A stretch of 64,000 nt of DNA. Origin: an uncultured delta proteobacterium (GTDB lineage Bacteria > Desulfobacterota > Desulfobacteria > Desulfobacterales > JAHEIW01). The stretch is from positions 1 through 64,000 of the forward strand of contig CAVPNL010000002.1 in the NCBI GenBank assembly GCA_963706575.1. The letters run 5' to 3'. Positions within the stretch are counted from its first letter, which is position 1. Each line of letters begins with the position of its first letter. A program made the position numbers and the translations under genes. Positions 55,279 to 64,000 of this stretch are shown piece by piece. The notes beneath the pieces are model-generated. The model saw nothing but the letters and a program-made list of their open reading frames with translations, was not told where the DNA came from and did not search any database.

Positions 55279-56058
55279 ATGTCAAAAGAAGTCATCGCAC
55301 TTGAGGCGCGTCTGAAGAAATTGTAAAAATGTACGCACACTGGGAGTACGCCCAAATTTTTCCGATTACAGCCCCCGGGAAGCCGAACTTATCCGCAGGG
55401 CAGACAAAATTTATTACCCGACGACTTTTTATGCAGATCTTTTCGACGCTATGGGTAAGGCCACCTTTCCAAGCTATCACACCTACAAATGTGTCCAGGA
55501 CAAAATTAAGCAAACGGCGCTGTTCGACCTGCTCAATTTGCCACATCCACGCACCCGGGTATTTTATGGCAATCGTCAGAAAAAATTGATTCTGGATCAT
55601 TTCAGCTTTCCATTCATTGCAAAAATCCCGCGGGGTTCTGCCCTGGGAAGCGGCGTTTATTTGATTCATAACGAAAAAGAACTTCGCAATTATCTGGAAC
55701 AGACGAGCCCGGCTTATATTCAGGCATATCTGCCGATTGATCGCGATATTCGCGTGGTGGTCATCGGCGCCGCATCGTCCATGCCTACTGGCGCATTGCC
55801 CCGCCAGATGAGTTTCGCAGCAATGTGGCTGTCGGCGGGCGAATCAGTCTGAAAGCGGTTCCTGAAAAGGCCCGGGATCTGGCGTTGCAGGTCGCTCGTT
55901 CCTGTTGCTGGGATGACGTCGGGATTGATATCTGTGAGCACAAAGGCCGCTTTTATGTTTTGGAAGCCAATATGAAATACGGTAAAGAGGGTTTCCGGGA
56001 AGCCGGCCTTGATTACGATCAATTAATGGAATCCATGATCGCAAATGAAGAAATATGA
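55279..56058 (+). CDS. RimK-like ATP-grasp ligase, frameshifted
   Basis: QDKIKQ, FPFIAKIP.GSALGSGV, YIQ.YL..DIRVVVIG, N(V)AVGG, GIDI, LEAN. Confidence 0.82.
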
Positions 56059-57216
56059 CGAAGAAATAATAAGTCTTGCTCGCTGCGCTCTGGATGAGCA
56101 GGAAACGAAGCAATTGTCCGACCGTGCAGCCCTGAACAGAGGTGCAATCCGTCGGGCGTTGGAAGAGCGAAGGCAGACCGACTATCGCCAGGATTTTTCA
56201 ATCGATGTCGATCGAATCTTACACGCCCACGCCTATGCGCGCTACATCGATAAAACCCAGGTGTTTTACCTGATTAAAAATGACCACATTACACATCGGG
56301 TTCTGCATGTTCAACTGGTTTCAAAGATTGCACGCACCATCGGGCGCTATTTGAGATTGAATGAAGATCTGATTGAGGCCATTTCCCTGGGACATGATAT
56401 CGGGCACGCACCCTTCGGTCATGACGGTGAGCGCTACCTCTCCGAACTGTGCGAAAATTACGACATCGGCTCGTTTCAGCACAACGTGCAAAGCGTACAA
56501 TTTCTGGACAAAGTGGAACGCAAAGGCATGGGTTGGAACCTGTGTTTGCAGACCCTTGACGGCATATTGTGCCATGACGGCGAAGTGCACGATCAACTGC
56601 TTGAGCCCGTGACGGCAAAAAACTTTCGATACATTGGATCGAGAGCTGGCAGCCAAAAAAAAAGACCCCCGGTCAATCCTGACACCCATGACGCTTGAGG
56701 GTTGTGTGGTTCGAATAGCCGACACGATCGCCTATATCGGCCGTGACATTGAAGATGCCATCCGGCTGAATCTAATTGACCGCTCCGAATTGCCCCCGGA
56801 CAGCGTCGAATGCCTTGGAAATACCAATGGCACCATTGTCTTTAACCTGGTGACCGATATCATCCAGACCAGTTTTCAAAAAGCATTACGTGGCTTTTAG
56901 CTCGGATGTATCTGATGCCTTAAAACGCTTAAAAAGATTCAATCTGGAACGAATCTACCTAAACCCCGCAATAAAAACGCATTCTTCGAATCTAAATAAA
57001 CTCTTTGGTTTTCTTTTTGAGAAATATCTTTGCGATATTCGAAAGAAAGATACCTCATCCGTTATTTTTAACCGATTTCTCAACGGCATGTCTCCGGCCT
57101 ACACCGAAACCCACAGCAGTGCCGAGATTGTCCGTGATTTTATCGCCGGAATGACAGATGAATATTTCCTGAGCCAATGCCCGGACTCGATGCGCCCTGA
57201 AATCCTTCGGATGTAA
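56045..57216 (+). CDS. dGTPase-like HD phosphohydrolase, frameshifted
   Basis: DRILH, KTQVF, GHDIGHAPFGHDGE, ADTIAY..DIEDA, RDFIAGMTD. Confidence 0.88.
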
Positions 57217-57242
57217 CCCGGAAACCAGCTGAAAAGTGAAAA

Positions 57243-57332
57243 TGGTTAAATAGCTGATTCGTTAAATGCGTTAAAAATGGATCGACTCCTTTGACGAATT
57301 GACAATTTAACTAAGTCAACTCATTCGACCAA
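57243..57332. repeat. Degenerate inverted GTTAAAT / ATTTAAC short-unit element
   Basis: ggttaaat..cgttaaatgcgttaa ... ttgacgaattgacaatttaactaagtcaac. Confidence 0.45.
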
Positions 57333-57480
57333 TCCCAAAAATCACTTGAGTTTTGGGCCTAAAAACCGTAAATTAAAAACAGGGCGTGAAATTTTTACAA
57401 CTGAATGAAAATACAGGGCATTTTATGAAAAAAGCCCTACCTGAATTCTGCGGTCTAACAAACAAATTGAGGTCTCTGTG

Positions 57481-57972
57481 ATGAAAACCATGTGGGCTCC
57501 CTGGCGGATGGAATACATTCTTAAAGACAAAGAAGACCGGTGTATATTCTGTGCAGCATTGGAAGATCAGGATGAACTGACGCTTTTTAAAGGTGAGGTG
57601 ACCATGGTCACGATGAACAAGTTTCCATACATCAACGGCCATCTTCTGGTTGCTCCCAGACGCCATATCGCAACCCTCGATCAACTCGATAAGTCAGAAA
57701 TGGGAGATTTGCTGGCAACGGTTGAGCAATCGGTGGGTATTTTAAAATCGGTCATGAAGCCCGATGGGTTCAATGTGGGCCTCAACCTGGGCAAGGTGGC
57801 AGGGGCCGGTGTCGAGGAACATCTGCACTTTCATATTGTGCCGCGCTGGTTTGGTGATACAAATGCACTAACCGTATTCGGCGAGGTAAGGGTGATTCCA
57901 GAACATATTAAAGCCACGTATAATAACTTAAAGCCATACTTTAATAAAATTGATTTAAATATTAAAAATTAA
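57481..57972 (+). CDS. HIT family hydrolase (Ap4A phosphorylase-like)
   Basis: WAPWRMEYI, CIFC, NKFPY.NGH, HLHFHIVPRW.GD. Confidence 0.92.
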   Translation: MKTMWAPWRMEYILKDKEDRCIFCAALEDQDELTLFKGEVTMVTMNKFPYINGHLLVAPRRHIATLDQLDKSEMGDLLATVEQSVGILKSVMKPDGFNVGLNLGKVAGAGVEEHLHFHIVPRWFGDTNALTVFGEVRVIPEHIKATYNNLKPYFNKIDLNIKN

Positions 57973-58180
57973 ATAATATCATAAAAATTTAGAAAATTAC
58001 GCTGTTTAAGTCTTGTTTTATGTTTGGGTTTCGTGTTTCGTATTCTAATATGCCTGTATAAAATCATATATTTCATACCAAACACCAAACACTTTGATGA
58101 ATTCATCACCCCACCTTGAAGCCGAAACGACCCTGTGATATTAATGCTAAAAAAGCTGTGTTGTTCTGATTGATTGACTG

Positions 58181-60802
58181 ATGAGCCCACCCAAATTAAC
58201 TCCCATGATAAAACAGTATCTCTCCATCAAAGAGGAGTATCCGGATGCGATCCTCTTCTATCGGATGGGGGATTTCTTCGAAATGTTTTTCGAAGACGCC
58301 CAGGTGGCTTCCCGGGTTTTGGAAATCACGCTGACTTCCAGAAACAAAAAGGACGAATCTCCGGTTCCGATGTGCGGCGTTCCCCATCGGGCAGTTTCCG
58401 GATATATTGCCCGGATGATCGACCACGGCTACAAAGTCGCGATTTGTGATCAGATTGAAGATCCGGCAACCGCCAAAGGCTTGGTCAAACGGGATGTTGT
58501 GCGGGTCATCACGCCTGGAATGATCCTTGACGAAGCGTTTCTGGACAAACGATCCAACAATTTTGTCCTGGCGGTTGCCCGCCATGGAGACCTATTCGGG
58601 TTGTCATATCTGGATATATCCACCGGCGTCTTCCGATTGGCCGAGTCCGCTGATCTGGCCGCGATGATTGATGAATCCCTGCGCATATCCCCCAGAGAGA
58701 TCCTTCTACCGGAATCAGCCAAAACCGATCCTCAAATGAGCGCTATTCAGCAGGCCTTGCTCGAGCGCTCCGTTACCTATCTGGCAGACAGTGCTTTTGA
58801 GCATAAACGCTGCTACGACCGGCTGACCGAACAGTTTAAAACCATTTCTCTGGAAGGTTTTGGGTGTGAAGAGATGCCGGCCGGGGTGCGGGCCGCCGGA
58901 GCCCTTATTTTTTATGTCCGTGAAACCCAAAAGCAGAAAATCGAGCTCTTTACCCGTCTGGAAACTTACGCTTTAGGCCAATACCTGCTGGTGGACGACT
59001 TAAGCTGCCGCAATTTAGAACTTGAAAAAAACATTCGTTCCGGTACGCGGCGCGGCACGTTGATCGGTATTATCGATCATACCAAAACAGCCATGGGCGC
59101 TCGTTTGCTAAAATTATGGCTGCGGTACCCGCTAATTAAGATCGAAGACATCCAGGCCCGCCACGAGGCGGTTGAAGAAACAAAAAGTAACATCTCAGTC
59201 CCGGCAGGACATTCGCGAATACCTGAAATCGGTATTTGACATCGAACGGGTCGGCAGTAAAATTGTTATGGGGCATGCCAATGCGCGGGATTTGATTGCC
59301 CTGAAACGGTCCCTTTTGGCGTTACCGCATATCCAAAAGATGGTTTCAACGCTGAAATCCGCGCTTTTTCAGTGGGATGAGAACCTGAACCCGCTTTATG
59401 AACTGGCGCAAGTGATCGAAAATGCCATCCGGGAGGATGCGCCGCCGACGATCAATGAAGGCGGGATGATAAAACCTGGCTACCATAATGGGTTAGATGA
59501 ACTGGTAAAAATCAGCCGGGATGGCAAGGGCTGGCTGGCCAATCTGGAAGTCCAGGAGCGGAAGGCCACCGGAATCACCGCGTTAAAGGTACGGTATAAC
59601 AAAGTCTTCGGATATTATATCGAAGTGCCCAAGAGCCGTGCATCGGTGTGCCGGTCAACTACGTGCGCAGGCAAACCCTGGTCAATGCCGAACGTTACAT
59701 TACCGATGAATTGAAGACTTTTGAGACAAAGGTTTTAAATGCAGAAGATCAGCGGGCGGCTCTTGAGCTTGAAATATTCAATGAGATCAGACAGGAAATT
59801 GTCAAAAATTATAAAAATCTTCAAAGTGCGGCCCGATTTTTAGCGCGTCTGGATTGTCTGCTGAACCTGGCCGAGAGTTGCCGATCAAAATGATTATTGT
59901 CGACCGGAAATGACCATAGACGGTCGATATTCATATTGAAGACGGGCGCCATCCGGTTGTGGAAAAAATGATCACCGGCAGAGCGATTTGTGCCCAACAC
60001 GGTTTCGATGGATAACGAAACCAACCAGATTCTGATCATAACCGGTCCGAATATGGCCGGAAAATCCACGGTTTTGCGTCAGGTGGCATTGCTGGTCATT
60101 ATGGCGCAAATGGGATCGTTTATACCGGCCAAAAAGGCGTCCATCAGTGTCGTCGATCGAATATTTACGCGCGTCGGCGCTCTGGACAACCTCTCACAGG
60201 GACAGAGCACCTTTATGGTCGAAATGCAGGAAACGGCCAATATCCTGAACAACGCCGGCGAACACAGTTTGGTTATCATGGATGAAATCGGCCGTGGAAC
60301 CAGCACATATGACGGGCTGAGCATTGCCTGGGCTGTGGTGGAGTATCTGCATGATTTGCATAAAACCGGCGTTAAAACGCTGTTTGCGACCCACTATCAC
60401 GAATTGACGGATCTGGCCCAGCAAAAACCGCGGGTAAAAAATTACAATATTGCCGTCAAGGAATGGAACGACGAAATCATATTTTTGCGTAAACTGGTCG
60501 AAGGCGCCACCAATCGCAGTTACGGCATTCAGGTGGCTCGCCTGGCCGGAATTCCGGGAGAGGTCATCAACCGCTCCAAGAAGATCCTGTATCGCATTGA
60601 AAATAAAGAACAGGATTTAACAGACGCCTTTTCCGATAAAGAAACCGGAAAAGCAGGGCCGCAGCAGATGGATTTGTTCGGCAAGAAAGATCATTTTTTC
60701 GTTGAAAAATTATCCAAACTGGATATATCGAAAATGACACCGCTGGAGGCGCTCAACTACTTGAATGAACTGCGGGATAAAGCCAAAGACATCAGCGAAT
60801 AA
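58181..60802 (+). CDS. mutS: DNA mismatch repair protein MutS, frameshifted
   Basis: [63 protein letters not shown] clamp motif. Confidence 0.97.
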
Positions 60803-60823
60803 ACGATCTATAGGCTTGACATA

Positions 60824-60919
60824 TCGTGGCTGGAAGCCACTCCCACTGCCATCGGTATTCAACGCAATTTCTAATGCGCTTTTGCGAAGCAACCTGTGGG
60901 AGCGGCATCTTGCCGCGAT
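60824..60919. repeat. Inverted pair of GTGG-type REP sequences
   Basis: tcgtggctggaagccactcccac ... gtgggagcggcatcttgccgcga. Confidence 0.65.
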
Positions 60920-60971
60920 ATTCAAGCGTATTTTGAAACGGAACAGGAACAAGCGACACCGAAAATATATT

Positions 60972-63042
60972 ATGACGGAAACTGCTAAAAAACTTTTTAT
61001 AATTGCCATCATCCTGTTGATTCTTGGAGAAGTCTCACTTTTTTCGGCGTTTTCGGCGGCAGCCCCCCGGGATGCGTATTTTGATGCCGAAGCCTGTTAT
61101 CGCAGTCTGCGTCAAAATCCACACGAAAATAAAATACCGCCACAACTGGATGCGGTGCATCAAGAAATATCAGTCGGTTTACAATCAGGATCCTGCCGGG
61201 CCCTGGGCGGCAGCCGGCCTTTACAAAGTCCGCCAAAATGTATCAGGATCTGGCGAAATTTTCCGGCAAGGAATCAGACAAAAAAGAAGCTCTTGACATC
61301 TTTCAGCAGATTGTCGACATCCTATCCTAAAAGCCGCTACCGGCAGAAAGCCGCCCGGGAAATTCGCAAACTGGGCGCAAGCGTCAGCCGCCCAGAAGAC
61401 ACCGCAGCCGAGCAGCACAAATTGTCTCCCGCCAACGGAAGCAATCACCCAAAGATGCCTATATCGACGCCGAGACCTGTTACAGCAACCTGCGCGAAAA
61501 CTCCCGCAAAATGAAATATCGTGACAACTGGTTGCGGTGCATTGATAAATTCCAGTCGGTTTATGACAAAGATCCGGACGGGCCCTGGGCGCCGTGCCGG
61601 TCTTTTTATGGCCGCAACGCTTTATCAGAAGCTTTATGCCTATTCATATGCTTCAGATGATCTTGAAAGCGCGCACAGCATCTTCAATCAAATCATCACC
61701 CAGTTTCCCGACAGCCGCTATCAGGCCAAAGCCGCTTCAGAGCATCCAAAACATGCCCGGATCGGCCAAAAAACCGCTGGCTGCCGAACCGGATCCGATT
61801 GCCGAAAAAATTAAGGCGCGGGAGGCTCCAGAAGAATCCACCGAAGGACGATCAAAGCCCATCGACCCGGTCGGCTCCCGGCGGGATGGCCACCGTCACC
61901 AATCTGCGCTTTTGGTCCAACCCGAATTATACCCGGGTGGTCATCGATGCCGACCGGGAGGCCGCTTACTATCATCATCTGCTCAAAAAAGATCCGTCCC
62001 TCAAAAAGCCTCAGCGGCTTTATGTTGATTTAAGCAAAAGCCGGCTGGGCGAACATATTCGCAAGAGCATCCCGATTCATGATGACCTGCTGACTGACGC
62101 CCGCGCCGGCCAATACACGCCGGATTCCGTCAGGGTGGTCGTCGATATTAAATCCTTTGAAACCTATAAGATTTTTTCTCTGAAAGATCCGTTTCGGATC
62201 GTCATTGACGTATGGGGAACCAAGACCGCCAAAGCCCCTGAGGACAGCCCCGGCCGTCTGAAACGGTTAAAAAAGGCGGCAAAATCCCTCCCGGCTCTTT
62301 GGCCAAACAGCTGGCTTTAGGGGTTAGGCGAGTTGTGATTGATCCGGGCCATGGCGGCAAGGATTATGGGGCACCGGGTTATCTTAAAGGCGTGCACGAA
62401 AAACAGGTCTCTCTGCAGATTGCCAGACAGTTGGCCAAAAAGATTAAAGCGGAACTGGGGCTGGAAGTCATTTTGACCCGCAATCGGGATCGATTTTTAA
62501 CCCTGGAAGAACGCACTGCCTTTGCCAATACCAAAAGTGCAGATCTTTTTATTTCCATCCATACCAATGCCTCCAGAGACCGCAGGGCTTACGGCATTGA
62601 AACCTATTTCCTGAACCTGGCCACCGATGAGGAAGCCATACGGGTTGCCGCCATGGAAAACGCCACCTCGACTAAAAATATCAGTGATCTGCAGAAGATT
62701 CTGTATGACCTGATGCAAAACGCCAAAATCAATGAATCCAGCCGCCTGGCTGCCTATGTGCAAAGTTCCACGATTCGCCATCTGAAAAACAAACGATATA
62801 GCCGCATCAAAAGCAAAGGCGTCAAGCAGGCACCGTTTTATGTGCTTTTAGGCGCCCAGATGCCCTCCATCCTGATCGAAACCTCTTTTATCAGCAACGA
62901 CCGTGAGTGCAAACGCCTGGTCAATCCGAAATTCCAGGAGCGACTGGCTGAAGGCATTGTCGAAGGGATTCGAAATTATATTAAAGCGACCTCTCCAACG
63001 GCGTTATTAAAAATACCGCAGCAATCCCGGCCACGGGGGTAG
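60972..63042 (+). CDS. N-acetylmuramoyl-L-alanine amidase (TPR-like x2 + AMIN + Amidase_3), frameshifted
   Basis: YTRVVID, PFRIVIDV, VVIDPGHGGKD.GA, LEERTAFAN, FISIHTNA, PSILIE. Confidence 0.9.
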
Positions 63043-63052
63043 CCATTTTACC

Positions 63053-63973
63053 ATGACCGATCAAACGCCAGATACCGGCCCTCCCTTCAACCCCTATCTT
63101 GCCCTGATTATCGGCACAATGGCAGTATCCACCGGTGCAATTTTTGCGCGCCTGGCGGATGCGCCGGCCCTGGTTATCGCTGCTTACCGGGTGGGGATTG
63201 CATCTCTTATTCTGGCGCCCATCACCTGGTGGAAAGCCCGTGATGAAATTGCAAAGCTGTCGAAGCGAGACCTGAAACTGGCGGTGATATCCGGCTTTTT
63301 TCTGGCCTTGCACTTTGCGACCTGGATTTCCTCTCTTGATTATACATCGGTGGCCAACAGCGTGGTGCTGGTCAATACCAATCCCCTCTGGGTGGGTTTG
63401 TTGACCCCTCTGATCGCCAAGGAAAAGGTCAAGCGTGCGGCGCTGATCAGTATCGTTATCAGTGTTATCGGCGGCGCAATTATCGGTTATGGCGATTTTG
63501 CCACCGGCGGAAAGGCGCTTTTGGGTGACGGCCTGGCTTTGGCCGGCAGCTTATGTGCGGCCGTTTACCTGTTGCTGGGGCGTAATTTGCGTCGCAAACT
63601 GTCTCTTTTGCCTTACATTTTCATCTGCTATGGGAGTGCCGCTGTTATCCTTTGGATAATTGTCCTGTCCCTGGGGCTGCCCATATCCGGATTCAGCACC
63701 GGCACCGTGGCGGCTTTTTGGGGCATGGCGCTGATCGCTCAAATCATCGGGCACAGCACCTACAACTGGGCCTTAAAATGGCTGAGTGCCGGACTGATCG
63801 CCGTGAGTCTGCTGGGTGAACCCATCGGAAGCACCATCCTGGCGTATATCCTTTTCGATGAAGGACTGACCGTGTATAAATTTGTGGGCGGGGGCATCAT
63901 TCTTTCTGCCATTTATATTGCCGCATCAAGCGAAAGCCGGATCGCTAAAACACAGAAGCGGTCTATAAAATAG
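63053..63973 (+). CDS. DMT/EamA family transporter
   Basis: About 10 TM; LALHFATW.SL.YTSVA, GDGLAL, IGHS..NWAL, LGEPIG. Confidence 0.9.
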   Translation: MTDQTPDTGPPFNPYLALIIGTMAVSTGAIFARLADAPALVIAAYRVGIASLILAPITWWKARDEIAKLSKRDLKLAVISGFFLALHFATWISSLDYTSVANSVVLVNTNPLWVGLLTPLIAKEKVKRAALISIVISVIGGAIIGYGDFATGGKALLGDGLALAGSLCAAVYLLLGRNLRRKLSLLPYIFICYGSAAVILWIIVLSLGLPISGFSTGTVAAFWGMALIAQIIGHSTYNWALKWLSAGLIAVSLLGEPIGSTILAYILFDEGLTVYKFVGGGIILSAIYIAASSESRIAKTQKRSIK

Positions 63974-64000
63974 CTGATTGTGCCCGTATAATTCTGTTGT

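Noticed and set aside
57384..57401. Rex-like operator (gcgtgaaatttttacaa)
   Set aside because: One base short of the dyad spacing, with mismatches, and upstream of an unlikely target.

Overview
Bacterial chromosomal window, most consistent with a Desulfobacterota (Desulfobacterales-like) genome; this is inferred from gene content and repeat types. Single-base indels split many conserved genes (purA, mutS, tadA, nupC), which is best explained by an unpolished long-read assembly. Contents in order: (1) xdhC-like gene, amidohydrolase, and a minus-strand acyl-CoA operon (ligase, two unannotated desulforedoxin-like mini-proteins, FabK/NMO-like flavoenzyme, BbsE/BbsF-like CoA-transferase pair); (2) an abrupt junction at ~8080 where two 5'-truncated genes meet back to back; (3) an AT-rich ~18 kb exopolysaccharide locus with two sulfotransferases, a heparinase II/III-like protein, an AlgD-like dehydrogenase, WecA, a sigma54 promoter, Wza/Wzc, an ExeA-like ATPase and a PEP-CTERM-like mini-gene; (4) purA, and tadA divergent from its substrate tRNA-Arg(ACG); (5) an unusually permuted ATP-grasp ligase between two methyltransferases; (6) a third desulforedoxin-like protein and a ligase + CoA-transferase + MtaA-like operon; (7) housekeeping and signalling genes (PP2C, USP, pcm, bactofilins, AMMECR1, receptor-like kinase, RimK-like, dGTPase-like, HIT, mutS, amidase, EamA). 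The intergenic DNA carries a ~147 bp element whose TAG ends double as host stop codons, REP pairs, an IS200/IS605-like hairpin cassette and several inverted short-unit repeat elements. No CRISPR array, rRNA or intact transposase was seen. All assignments come from motif reading; no searches were run.
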